Positions 14,326-28,768 of a stretch of DNA of 64,000 nt are shown piece after piece. How positions within the stretch are numbered: the stretch's first letter is position 1; every line of letters begins with the position of its first letter. The stretch is from Eledone cirrhosa (Eukaryota): positions 175,956,001 to 176,020,000 of the forward strand of contig OZ024743.1 of the NCBI GenBank assembly GCA_964016885.1. The letters run 5' to 3'. The position numbers were made by a program, and so were the translations under genes. The notes beneath the pieces were generated by a model. The model made no database searches. It had not been told where the DNA came from and saw nothing but the letters and a program-made list of their open reading frames with translations.

Positions 14326-15720
14326 TTAGACACAGTAGCAGTAACAACAGCAGCAGTAACAACAACAGTAGCAGTAGTAACAACCCTGTAACAGTAGTAA
14401 TAACAGCATTAACATTAGACACAGTAGCAGTAACAACAGCAGTAGTAACAACAACAGTAGCAGTAGTAACAACCCTGTAACAGTAGTAATAACAGCATTA
14501 ACATTAGACACAGTAGCAGTAACAACAGCAGTAGTAACAGCAAAAGTAGCAGTACCAACAACCCAGTAACAGTAGTAATAACAGCATTAACATTAGACAC
14601 AGTAGCAGTAACAACAGCAGTAGTAACAGCAACAGTATCAGTAGTAACAACCCTGTAACAATAGTAATAACAGCATTAACATTAGACACAGTAGCAGTAA
14701 CAACAACAGTAGTAACAGCAACAGTAGCAGTAGTAACAACAGCAGTAGTAACAGCAACAGTAGCAGTAGTAACAACTCTGTAACAGTAGTAATAACAGCA
14801 TTAACATTAGACACAGTAGCAGTATCAACAGCAGTAGTAACAGCAACAGTAGTAGTAGTAACAACCCAGTAACAGTAGTAATAACAGCATTAACATTAGA
14901 CACAGTAGCAGTAACAACAGCAGTAGTAACAGCAACAGTAGCAGTACCAACAACCCAGTAACAGTAGTAATAACAGCATTAACATTAGACACAGTAGCAG
15001 TAACAACAACAGTAGTAGTAGTAACAACCCAGTAACAGTAGTAATAACAGCATTAACATTAGACACAGTAGCAGTATCAACAGCAGTAGTAACAGCAACA
15101 GTAGCAGTAGTAACAGCAGCAGTAACACTAGTAATAACAGCATTAACTTTAGACACAGTAGCAGTAACAACAGCAGCAGTAACAACAACAGTAGCAGTAG
15201 TAACAACCCTGTAACAGTAGTAATAACAGCATTAACATTAGACACAGTAGCAGTAACAAAAGCAGTAGTAACAGCAACAGTAGCAGTAGTAACAGCAGCA
15301 GTAACAGTAGTAATAACAGCATTAACATTAGACACAGTAGCAGTAACAACAGCAGTAGTAACAACAACAGTAGCAGTAGTAACAACCCTGTAACAGTAGT
15401 AATAACAGCATTAACATTAGACACAGTAGCAGTAACAACAGCAGTAGTAACAGCAAAAGTAGCAGTACCAACAACCCAGTAACAGTAGTAATAACAGCAT
15501 TAACATTAGACACAGTAGCAGTAACAACAGCAGTAGTAACAGCAACAGTATCAGTAGTAACAACCCTGTAACAGTAGTAATAACAGCATTAACATTAGAC
15601 ACAGTAGCAGTAACAACAACAGTAGTAACAGCAACAGTAGCAGTAGTAACAACAGCAGTAGTAACAGCAACAGTAGCAGTAGTAACAACTCTGTAACAGT
15701 AGTAATAACAGCATTAACAT
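14326..15720 (+). repeat. 913-bp (10-mer) internal duplication, repeated at 22728-24122
   Basis: 14415/15328, 14504/15417 (GCAAAAG marker) and 14682/15595 (125-bp monomer with ACTCTG). 913 = 10x89 +36 -15 +1 +1. Confidence 0.85.
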
Positions 15721-16932
15721 TAGACACAGTAGCAGTAACAACAGCAGTAGTAACAACAACAGTAGCAGTAGTAACAACCCTGTAACAGTAGTAATAACAG
15801 CATTAACATTAGACACAGTAGCAGTAACAACAGCAGTAGTAACAACAACAGTAGCAGTAGTAACAACAAAAGTAGCAGTAGTAGCAACCCAGTAACAGTA
15901 GTAATAACAGCATTAACATTAGACACAGTAGCAGTAACAACAGCAGTAGTAACAGCAACAGTAGTAGTAGTAACAACCAAGTAACAGTTGTAATAACAGC
16001 ATTAACATTAGACACAGTAGCAGTATCAACAGCAGTAGTAACAGCAACAGTAGTAGTAGTAACAACCCAGTAACAGTAGTAATAACAGCATTAACATTAG
16101 ACACAGTAGCAGTAACAACAGCAGTAGTAGTAGTAACAACCCTGTAACAGTAGTAATAACAGCATTAACATTAGACACAGTAGCAGTAACAACAGTAGCA
16201 GTAACAACAGTAGTAGTAACAGCAACAGTAGTAGTAGTAACAACCCTGTAACAGTAGTAATAACAGCAGTAACATTAGACACAGTAGCAGTAACAACAGT
16301 AGCAGTAACAACAGTAGTAGTAACAGCAACAGTAGTAGTAGTAACAACCCTGTAACAGTAGTAATAACAGCATTAACATTAGACACAGTAGCAGTAACAA
16401 CAGCAGTAGTAACAGCAACAGTAGTAGTAGTAACAACCCTGTAACAGTAGTAATAACAGCATTAACATTAGACACAGTAGCAGTAACAACAGTAGCAGTA
16501 ACAACAGCAGTAGTAGTAGTAACAACCCTGTAACAGTAGTAATATCAGCATTAACATTAGACACAGTAGCAGTAACAGCAGCAGTAGTAACAGCAACAGT
16601 AGTAGTAGTAACAACCCTGTAACAGTAGTAATAACAGCATTAACATTAGACACAGTAGCAGTAACAACAGCAGTAGTAACAACAACAGTAGTAGTAGTAA
16701 CAACCCAGTAACAGTAGTAATAACAACATTAACATTAGACACAGTAGCAGTAACAACAGCAGTAGTAACAACAACAGTAGTAGTAGTAACAACCCAGTAA
16801 CAGTAGTAATAACAGCATTAACATTAGACACAGTAGCAGTAACAACAGCAGTAGTAACAGCAACAGTAGCAGTAGTACCAACAGCAGTAACAGTAGTAAT
16901 AACAGCATTAACATTAGACACAGTAGCAGTAT

Positions 16933-19900
16933 CAACAGCAGTAGTAACAGCAACAGTAGTAGTAGTAACAACCCAGTAACAGTAGTAATAACAGCATTAA
17001 CATTAGACACAGTAGCAGTAACAACAGCAGTAGTAACAGCAACAGTAGCAGTAGTAACAACCCAGTAACAGTAGTAATAACAGCATTAACATTAGACACA
17101 GTAGCAGTAACAACAGCAGTAGTAACAACAACAGTAGTAGTAGTAACAACCCTGTAACAGTAGTAATAACAGCATTAATATTAGACACAGTAGTAGTAAC
17201 AACAGCAGTAGTAACAGCAACAGTAGCAGTAGTAACAACCCAGTAACAGTAGTAATAACAGCATTAACATTAGACACAGTAGCAGTAACAACAGCAGTAG
17301 TAACAGCAACAGTAGTAGTAGTAACAACCCAGTAACATTAGTAATAACAGCATTAACATTAGACACAGTAGCAGTAACAACAGCAGTAGTAACAACAACA
17401 GTAGCAGTAGTAACAACAGCAGTAACAGTAGTAATAACAGCATTAACATTAGACACAGTAGCAGTAACAACAGCAGTAGTAACAGCAACAGTAGCAGTAC
17501 CAACAACCCAGTAACAGTAGTAATAACAGCATTAACATTAGACACAGTAGCAGTAACAACAGCAGTAGTAACAACAACAGTAGTAGTAGTAACAACCCTG
17601 TAACAGTAGTAATAACAGCATTAACATTAGACACAGTAGCAGTAACAACAGCAGTAGTAACAGCAACAGTAGCAGTAGTAACAACCGAGTAACAGTAGTA
17701 ATAACAGCATTAACATTAGAAACAGTAGCAGTAACAACAGCAGTAGTAACAACAACAGTAGTAGTAGTAACAACCCTGTAACAGTAGTAATAACAGCATT
17801 AATATTAGACACAGAAGCAGTAACAACAGCAGTAGTAACAGCAACAGTAGCAGTAACAACAGCAGTATTAACAGCAACAGTAGTAGTAGTAACAACAGCA
17901 GTAACAGTAGTAATAACAGCATTAACATTAGACACAGTAGCAGTATCAACAGCAGTAGTAACAACAACAGTAGCAGTAGTAACAACCCAGTAACAGTAGT
18001 AATAACAGCATTAACATTAGACACAGTAGCAGTAACAACAGCAGTAGTAACAACAACAGTAGTAGTAGTAACAACCCTGTAACAGTAGTAATAACAGCAT
18101 TAACATTAGACACAGTAGCAGTAACAACAGCAGTAGTAACAGCAACAGTAGCAGTACCAACAACCCAGTAACAGTAGTAATAACAGCATTAACATTAGAC
18201 ACAGTAGCAGTAACAACAGCAGTAGTAACAACAACAGTAGTAGTAGTAACAACAGCAGTAACAGTAGTAATAACAGCATTAACATTAGACACAGTAGCAG
18301 TAACAACAGCAGTAATAACAGCAACAGTAGTAGTAGTAACAACCCTGTAACAGTAGTAATAACAGCATTAACATTAGACACAGTAGCAGTAACAACAGTA
18401 GCAGTAACAGCAACAGTAGTAGTAGTAACAACCCTGTAACAGTAGTAATAACAACATTAACATTAGACACAGTAGCATTAACAACAGCAGTAGTAACAAC
18501 AACAGTAGTAGTAGTAACAACCCAGTAACAGTAGTAATAACAACATTAACATTAGACACAGTAGCAGTAACAACAGCAGTAGTAACAGCAACAGTAGTAG
18601 TAGTAACAACCCAGTAACAGTAGTAATAACAGCATTAACATTAGACACAGTAGCAGTAACAACAGCAGTAGTAACAGCAACAGTAGCAGTAGTAACAACC
18701 CAGTAACAGTAGTAATAACAGCATTAACATTAGACACAGTAGCAGTAACAACAGCAGTAGTAACAACAACAGTAGTAGTAGTAACAACCCTGTAACAGTA
18801 GTAATAACAGCATTAATATTAGACACAGTAGTAGTAACAACAGCAGTAGTAACAGCAACAGTAGCAGTAGTAACAACCCAGTAACAGTAGTAATAACAGC
18901 ATTAACATTAGACACAGTAGCAGTAACAACAGCAGTAGTAACAGCAACAGTAGTAGTAGTAACAACCCAGTAACATTAGTAATAACAGCATTAACATTAG
19001 ACACAGTAGCAGTAACAACAGCAGTAGTAACAACAACAGTAGCAGTAGTAACAACAGCAGTAACAGTAGTAATAACAGCATTAACATTAGACACAGTAGC
19101 AGTAACAACAGCAGTAGTAACAGCAACAGTAGCAGTACCAACAACCCAGTAACAGTAGTAATAACAGCATTAACATTAGACACAGTAGCAGTAACAACAG
19201 CAGTAGTAACAACAACAGTAGTAGTAGTAACAACCCTGTAACAGTAGTAATAACAGCATTAACATTAGACACAGTAGCAGTAACAACAGCAGTAGTAACA
19301 GCAACAGTAGCAGTAGTAACAACCGAGTAACAGTAGTAATAACAGCATTAACATTAGAAACAGTAGCAGTAACAACAGCAGTAGTAACAACAACAGTAGT
19401 AGTAGTAACAACCCTGTAACAGTAGTAATAACAGCATTAATATTAGACACAGAAGCAGTAACAACAGCAGTAGTAACAGCAACAGTAGCAGTAACAACAG
19501 CAGTATTAACAGCAACAGTAGTAGTAGTAACAACAGCAGTAACAGTAGTAATAACAGCATTAACATTAGACACAGTAGCAGTATCAACAGCAGTAGTAAC
19601 AACAACAGTAGCAGTAGTAACAACCCAGTAACAGTAGTAATAACAGCATTAACATTAGACACAGTAGCAGTAACAACAGCAGTAGTAACAACAACAGTAG
19701 TAGTAGTAACAACCCTGTAACAGTAGTAATAACAGCATTAACATTAGACACAGTAGCAGTAACAACAGCAGTAGTAACAGCAACAGTAGCAGTACCAACA
19801 ACCCAGTAACAGTAGTAATAACAGCATTAACATTAGACACAGTAGCAGTAACAACAGCAGTAGTAACAACAACAGTAGTAGTAGTAACAACAGCAGTAAC

Positions 19901-20225
19901 AGTAGTAATAACAGCATTAACATTAGACACAGTAGCAGTAACAACAGCAGTAATAACAGCAACAGTAGTAGTAGTAACAACCCTGTAACAGTAGTAATAA
20001 CAGCATTAACATTAGACACAGTAGCAGTAACAACAGTAGCAGTAACAGCAACAGTAGTAGTAGTAACAACCCTGTAACAGTAGTAATAACAACATTAACA
20101 TTAGACACAGTAGCATTAACAACAGCAGTAGTAACAACAACAGTAGTAGTAGTAACAACCCAGTAACAGTAGTAATAACAACATTAACATTAGACACAGT
20201 AGCAGTAACAACAGCAGTAGTAACA
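16933..20225 (+). repeat. 1638-bp (18-mer) tandem duplication present only in copy 1 of the 6764-bp unit
   Basis: 17003/18641, 17627/19265 (ACCGAG marker) and 17805/19443 (123-bp monomer). 1638 = 18x89 +34 +1 +1. Confidence 0.9.
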
Positions 20226-23200
20226 ACAACAGTAGTAGTAGTAACAACCCAGTAACAGTAGTAATAACAGCATTAACATTAGACACAGTAGCAGTAACAA
20301 CAGCAGTAGTAACAGCAACAGTAGCAGTAGCAACAACCCTGTAACAGTAGTAATAACAGCATTAACATTAGACACAGTAGCAGTAACAACAGCAGTAGTA
20401 ACAGCAACAGTAGCAGTAGTAACAACCCAGTAACAGTAGTAATAACAGCATTAACATTAGACACAGTAGCAGTAACAACAGCAGTAGTAACAACAACAGT
20501 AGTAGAAGTAACAACCCTGTAACAGTAGTAATAACAGCATTAATATTAGACACAGTAGCAGTAACAAAAGCAGTAGTAACAGCAACAGTAGCAGTAGTAA
20601 CAACCCAGTAACAGTAGTAATAACAGCATTATCATTAGACACACTAGCAGTAACAACAGCAGTAGTAACAGCAACAGTAGTAGTAGTAACAACCCAGTAA
20701 CAGTAGTAATAACAGCATTAACATTAGACACAGTAGCAGTAACAACAGCAGTAGTAACAACAACAGTAGCAGTAGTAACAACAGCAGTAACAGTAGTAAA
20801 AACAGCATTAACATTAGACACAGTAGCAGTAACAACAGCAGTAGTAACAGCAACAGTAGCAGTACCAACAACCCAGTAACAGTAGTAATAACAGCAGTAA
20901 CATTAGACACAGTAGCAGTAACAACAGCAGTAGTAACAACAACAGTAGTAGTAGTAACAACCCTGTAACAGTAGTAATAACAGCATTAACATTAGACACA
21001 GTAGCAGTAACAACAGCAGTAGTAACAGCAACAGTAGCAGTAGTAACAACCGAGTAACAGTAGTAATAACAGCATTAACATTAGACACAGTAGCAGTAAC
21101 AACAGCAGTAGTAACAACAACAGTAGTAGTAGTAACAACCCTGTAACAGTAGTAATAACAGCATTAATATTAGACACAGTAGCAGTAACAACAGCAGTAG
21201 TAACAGCAACAGTAGCAGTAGTAACAACCCAGTAACAGTAGTAATAACAGCATTAGCATTAGACACAGTAGCAGTAACAACAGCAGTAATAACAGCAACA
21301 GTAGTAGTAGTAACAACAGCAGTAACAGTAGTAATAACAGCATTAACATTAGACACAGTAGCAGTATCAACAGCAGTAGTAACAACAACAGTAGCAGTAG
21401 TAACAACCCAGTAACAGTAGTAATAACAGCATTAACATTAGACACAGTAGCAGTAACAACAGCAGTAGTAACAACAACAGTAGTAGTAGTAACAACCCTG
21501 TAACAGTAGTAATAACAGCATTAACATTAGACACAGTAGCAGTAACAACAGCAGTAGTAACAGCAACATTAGCAGTACCAACAACCCAGTAACAGTAGTA
21601 ATAACAGCATTAACATTAGACACAGTAGCAGTAACAACAGCAGTAGTAACAACAACAGTAGTAGTAGTAACATCCCTGTAACAGTAGTAATAACAGCATT
21701 AACATTAGACACAGTAGCAGTAACAACAGCAGTAGTAACAGCAACAGTAGCAGTACCAACAACCCAGTAACAGTAGTAATAACAGCATTAACATTAGACA
21801 CAGTAGCAGTAACAACAGCAGTAGTAACAACAACAGTAGTAGTAGTTACAACCCTGTAACAGTAGTAATAACAGCATTAACATTAGACACAGTAGCGGTA
21901 ACAAAAGCAGTAGTAACAGCAACAGTAGCAGTACCAACAACCCAGTAACAGTAGTAATAACAGCATTAACATTAGACACAGTAGCAGTAACAACAGCAGT
22001 AGTAACAGCAACAGTAGCAGTACCAACAACCCAGTAACAGTAGTAATAACAGCATTAACATTAGACACAGTAGCAGTAACAACAACAGTAGTAGTAGTAA
22101 CAACCCTGTAACAGTAGTAATAACAGCATTAACATTAGACACAGTAGCAGTATCAACAGCAGTAGTAACAGCAACAGTAGTAGTAGTAACAACCCAGTAA
22201 CAGTAGTAATAACAGCATTAACATTAGACACAGTAGCAGTAACAACAACAGTAGTAGTAGTAACAACCCTGTAACAGTAGTAATAACAGCATTGACATTA
22301 GACACAGTAGCAGTAACTACAGCAGTAGTAACAGCAACAGTAGTAGTAGTAACAACCCTGTAACTGTAGTAATAACAGCATTAACATTAGACACAGTAGC
22401 AGTAACAACAGCAGTAGTAACAGCAACAGTAGCAGTACCAACAACCCAGTAACAGTAGTAATAACAGCATTAACATTAGACACAGTAGCAGTAACAACAA
22501 CAGTAGTAGTAGTAACAACCCAGTAACAGTAGTAATAACAGCATTAACATTAGACACAGTAGCAGTATCAACAGCAGTAGTAACAGCAACAGTAGTAGTA
22601 GTAACAACCCAGTAACAGTAGTAATAAAAGCATTAACATTAGACACAGTAGCAGTATCAACAGCAGTAGTAACAGCAACAGTAGTAGTAGTAACAACCCT
22701 GTAACAGTAGTAATAACAGCATTAACATTAGACACAGTAGCAGTAACAACAGCAGCAGTAACAACAACAGTAGCAGTAGTAACAACCCTGTAACAGTAGT
22801 AATAACAGCATTAACATTAGACACAGTAGCAGTAACAACAGCAGTAGTAACAACAACAGTAGCAGTAGTAACAACCCTGTAACAGTAGTAATAACAGCAT
22901 TAACATTAGACACAGTAGCAGTAACAACAGCAGTAGTAACAGCAAAAGTAGCAGTACCAACAACCCAGTAACAGTAGTAATAACAGCATTAACATTAGAC
23001 ACAGTAGCAGTAACAACAGCAGTAGTAACAGCAACAGTATCAGTAGTAACAACCCTGTAACAGTAGTAATAACAGCATTAACATTAGACACAGTAGCAGT
23101 AACAACAACAGTAGTAACAGCAACAGTAGCAGTAGTAACAACAGCAGTAGTAACAGCAACAGTAGCAGTAGTAACAACTCTGTAACAGTAGTAATAACAG

Positions 23201-26200
23201 CATTAACATTAGACACAGTAGCAGTATCAACAGCAGTAGTAACAGCAACAGTAGTAGTAGTAACAACCCAGTAACAGTAGTAATAACAGCATTAACATTA
23301 GACACAGTAGCAGTAACAACAGCAGTAGTAACAGCAACAGTAGCAGTACCAACAACCCAGTAACAGTAGTAATAACAGCATTAACATTAGACACAGTAGC
23401 AGTAACAACAACAGTAGTATTAGTAACAACCCAGTAACAGTAGTAATAACAGCATTAACATTAGACACAGTAGCAGTATCAACAGCAGTAGTAACAGCAA
23501 CAGTAGCAGTAGTAACAGCAGCAGTAACACTAGTAATAACAGCATTAACTTTAGACACAGTAGCAGTAACAACAGCAGCGGTAACAACAACAGTAGCAGT
23601 AGTAACAACCCTGTAACAGTAGTAATAACAGCATTAACATTAGACACAGTAGCAGTAACAAAAGCAGTAGTAACAGCAACAGTAGCAGTAGTAACAGCAG
23701 CAGTAACAGTAGTAATAACAGCATTAACATTAGACACAGTAGCAGTAACAACAGCAGTAGTAACAACAACAGTAGCAGTAGTAACAACCCTGTAACAGTA
23801 GTAATAACAGCATTAACATTAGACACAGTAGCAGTAACAACAGCAGTAGTAACAGCAAAAGTAGCAGTACCAACAACCCAGTAACAGTAGTAATAACAGC
23901 ATTAACATTAGACACAGTAGCAGTAACAACAGCAGTAGTAACAGCAACAGTATCAGTAGTAACAACCCTGTAACAGTAGTAATAACAGCATTAACATTAG
24001 ACACAGTAGCAGTAACAACAACAGTAGTAACAGCAACAGTAGCAGTAGTAACAACAGCAGTAGTAACAGCAACAGTAGCAGTAGTAACAACTCTGTAACA
24101 GTAGTAATAACAGCATTAACATTAGACACAGTAGCAGTAACAACAGCAGTAGTAACAACAACAGTAGCAGTAGTAACAACCCTGTAACAGTAGTAATAAC
24201 AGCATTAACATTAGACACAGTAGCAGTAACAACAGCAGTAGTAACAACAACAGTAGCAGTAGTAACAACAAAAGTAGCAGTAGTAGCAACCCAGTAACAG
24301 TAGTAATAACAGCATTAACATTAGACACAGTAGCAGTAACAACAGCAGTAGTAACAGCAACAGTAGTAGTAGTAACAACCAAGTAACAGTTGTAATAACA
24401 GCATTAACATTAGACACAGTAGCAGTATCAACAGCAGTAGTAACAGCAACAGTAGTAGTAGTAACAACCCAGTAACAGTAGTAATAACAGCATTAACATT
24501 AGACACAGTAGCAGTAACAACAGCAGTAGTAGTAGTAACAACCCTGTAACAGTAGTAATAACAGCATTAACATTAGACACAGTAGCAGTAACAACAGTAG
24601 CAGTAACAACAGTAGTAGTAACAGCAACAGTAGTAGTAGTAACAACCCTGTAACAGTAGTAATAACAGCAGTAACATTAGACACAGTAGCAGTAACAACA
24701 GTAGCAGTAACAACAGTAGTAGTAACAGCAACAGTAGTAGTAGTAACAACCCTGTAACAGTAGTAATAACAGCATTAACATTAGACACAGTAGCAGTAAC
24801 AACAGCAGTAGTAACAGCAACAGTAGTAGTAGTAACAACCCTGTAACAGTAGTAATAACAGCATTAACATTAGACACAGTAGCAGTAACAACAGTAGCAG
24901 TAACAACAGCAGTAGTAGTAGTAACAACCCTGTAACAGTAGTAATAACAGCATTAACATTAGACACAGTAGCAGTAACAGCAGCAGTAGTAACAGCAACA
25001 GTAGTAGTAGTAACAACCCTGTAACAGTAGTAATAACAGCATTAACATTAGACACAGTAGCAGTAACAACAGCAGTAGTAACAACAACAGTAGTAGTAGT
25101 AACAACCCAGTAACAGTAGTAATAACAACATTAACATTAGACACAGTAGCAGTAACAACAGCAGTAGTAACAACAACAGTAGTAGTAGTAACAACCCAGT
25201 AACAGTAGTAATAACAGCATTAACATTAGACACAGTAGCAGTAACAACAGCAGTAGTAACAGCAACAGTAGCAGTAGTACCAACAGCAGTAACAGTAGTA
25301 ATAACAGCATTAACATTAGACACAGTAGCAGTATCAACAGCAGTAGTAACAGCAACAGTAGTAGTAGTAACAACCCAGTAACAGTAGTAATAACAGCATT
25401 AACATTAGACACAGTAGCAGTAACAACAGCAGTAGTAACAGCAACAGTATCAGTAGTAACAACCCAGTAACAGTAGTAATAACAGCATTAACATTAGACA
25501 CAGTAGCAGTAACAACAGCAGTAGTAACAACAACAGTAGTAGTAGTAACAACCCTGTAACAGTAGTAATAACAGCATTAATATTAGACACAGTAGTAGTA
25601 ACAACAGCAGTAGTAACAGCAACAGTAGCAGTAGTAACAACCCAGTAACAGTAGTAATAACAGCATTAACATTAGACACAGTAGCAGTAACAACAGCAGT
25701 AGTAACAGCAACAGTAGTAGTAGTAACAACCCAGTAACATTAGTAATAACAGCATTAACATTAGACACAGTAGCAGTAACAACAGCAGTAGTAACAACAA
25801 CAGTAGCAGTAGTAACAACAGCAGTAACAGTAGTAATAACAGCATTAACATTAGACACAGTAGCAGTAACAACAGCAGTAGTAACAGCAACAGTAGCAGT
25901 ACCAACAACCCAGTAACAGTAGTAATAACAGCATTAACATTAGACACAGTAGCAGTAACAACAGCAGTAGTAACAACAACAGTAGTAGTAGTAACAACCC
26001 TGTAACAGTAGTAATAACAGCATTAACATTAGACACAGTAGCAGTAACAACAGCAGTAGTAACAGCAACAGTAGCAGTAGTAACAACCGAGTAACAGTAG
26101 TAATAACAGCATTAACATTAGAAACAGTAGCAGTAACAACAGCAGTAGTAACAACAACAGTAGTAGTAGTAACAACCCTGTAACAGTAGTAATAACAGCA

Positions 26201-28768
26201 TTAATATTAGACACAGAAGCAGTAACAACAGCAGTAGTAACAGCAACAGTAGCAGTAACAACAGCAGTATTAACAGCAACAGTAGTAGTAGTAACAACAG
26301 CAGTAACAGTAGTAATAACAGCATTAACATTAGACACAGTAGCAGTATCAACAGCAGTAGTAACAACAACAGTAGCAGTAGTAACAACCCAGTAACAGTA
26401 GTAATAACAGCATTAACATTAGACACAGTAGCAGTAACAACAGCAGTAGTAACAACAACAGTAGTAGTAGTAACAACCCTGTAACAGTAGTAATAACAGC
26501 ATTAACATTAGACACAGTAGCAGTAACAACAGCAGTAGTAACAGCAACAGTAGCAGTACCAACAACCCAGTAACAGTAGTAATAACAGCATTAACATTAG
26601 ACACAGTAGCAGTAACAACAGCAGTAGTAACAACAACAGTAGTAGTAGTAACAACAGCAGTAACAGTAGTAATAACAGCATTAACATTAGACACAGTAGC
26701 AGTAACAACAGCAGTAATAACAGCAACAGTAGTAGTAGTAACAACCCTGTAACAGTAGTAATAACAGCATTAACATTAGACACAGTAGCAGTAACAACAG
26801 TAGCAGTAACAGCAACAGTAGTAGTAGTAACAACCCTGTAACAGTAGTAATAACAACATTAACATTAGACACAGTAGCATTAACAACAGCAGTAGTAACA
26901 ACAACAGTAGTAGTAGTAACAACCCAGTAACAGTAGTAATAACAACATTAACATTAGACACAGTAGCAGTAACAACAGCAGTAGTAACAACAACAGTAGT
27001 AGTAGTAACAACCCAGTAACAGTAGTAATAACAGCATTAACATTAGACACAGTAGCAGTAACAACAGCAGTAGTAACAGCAACAGTAGCAGTAGCAACAA
27101 CCCTGTAACAGTAGTAATAACAGCATTAACATTAGACACAGTAGCAGTAACAACAGCAGTAGTAACAGCAACAGTAGCAGTAGTAACAACCCAGTAACAG
27201 TAGTAATAACAGCATTAACATTAGACACAGTAGCAGTAACAACAGCAGTAGTAACAACAACAGTAGTAGAAGTAACAACCCTGTAACAGTAGTAATAACA
27301 GCATTAATATTAGACACAGTAGCAGTAACAAAAGCAGTAGTAACAGCAACAGTAGCAGTAGTAACAACCCAGTAACAGTAGTAATAACAGCATTATCATT
27401 AGACACACTAGCAGTAACAACAGCAGTAGTAACAGCAACAGTAGTAGTAGTAACAACCCAGTAACAGTAGTAATAACAGCATTAACATTAGACACAGTAG
27501 CAGTAACAACAGCAGTAGTAACAACAACAGTAGCAGTAGTAACAACAGCAGTAACAGTAGTAAAAACAGCATTAACATTAGACACAGTAGCAGTAACAAC
27601 AGCAGTAGTAACAGCAACAGTAGCAGTACCAACAACCCAGTAACAGTAGTAATAACAGCATTAACATTAGACACAGTAGCAGTAACAACAGCAGTAGTAA
27701 CAACAACAGTAGTAGTAGTAACAACCCTGTAACAGTAGTAATAACAGCATTAACATTAGACACAGTAGCAGTAACAACAGCAGTAGTAACAGCAACAGTA
27801 GCAGTAGTAACAACCGAGTAACAGTAGTAATAACAGCATTAACATTAGACACAGTAGCAGTAACAACAGCAGTAGTAACAACAACAGTAGTAGTAGTAAC
27901 AACCCTGTAACAGTAGTAATAACAGCATTAATATTAGACACAGTAGCAGTAACAACAGCAGTAGTAACAGCAACAGTAGCAGTAGTAACAACCCAGTAAC
28001 AGTAGTAATAACAGCATTAGCATTAGACACAGTAGCAGTAACAACAGCAGTAATAACAGCAACAGTAGTAGTAGTAACAACAGCAGTAACAGTAGTAATA
28101 ACAGCATTAACATTAGACACAGTAGCAGTATCAACAGCAGTAGTAACAACAACAGTAGCAGTAGTAACAACCCAGTAACAGTAGTAATAACAGCATTAAC
28201 ATTAGACACAGTAGCAGTAACAACAGCAGTAGTAACAACAACAGTAGTAGTAGTAACAACCCTGTAACAGTAGTAATAACAGCATTAACATTAGACACAG
28301 TAGCAGTAACAACAGCAGTAGTAACAGCAACATTAGCAGTACCAACAACCCAGTAACAGTAGTAATAACAGCATTAACATTAGACACAGTAGCAGTAACA
28401 ACAGCAGTAGTAACAACAACAGTAGTAGTAGTAACATCCCTGTAACAGTAGTAATAACAGCATTAACATTAGACACAGTAGCAGTAACAACAGCAGTAGT
28501 AACAGCAACAGTAGCAGTACCAACAACCCAGTAACAGTAGTAATAACAGCATTAACATTAGACACAGTAGCAGTAACAACAGCAGTAGTAACAACAACAG
28601 TAGTAGTAGTAACAACCCTGTAACAGTAGTAATAACAGCATTAACATTAGACACAGTAGCGGTAACAAAAGCAGTAGTAACAGCAACAGTAGCAGTATCA
28701 ACAGCAGTAGTAACAGCAACAGTAGTAGTAGTAACAACCCAGTAACAGTAGTAATAACAGCATTAACA

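Larger units (their letters stand above)
13570..28697 (+). repeat. HOR domain 2: tandem duplication of a 6764-bp unit (copy 1 about 13570-21971, enlarged to 8402 bp; copy 2 about 21972-28697)
   Basis: Offset 8402 for 13896/22298, 14326/22728 and 17627/26029. Offset 6764 for 20190/26954 and 21616/28380. 8402 - 6764 = 1638. Confidence 0.92.

Noticed and set aside
14776-14781. The 89-bp length being a homopolymer error (true CCCC would give an in-frame 90-bp giant mucin-like gene with synonymous CCT/CCA)
   Set aside because: Variants that break the C run keep the short node: ACTCTG (14776), AACCTG (1390), ACCGAG (17684), ACCAAG (15976), ACACAG (52719) and ATCCAG (42041). CCCC was not seen in any monomer. 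The 89-bp length is therefore real.
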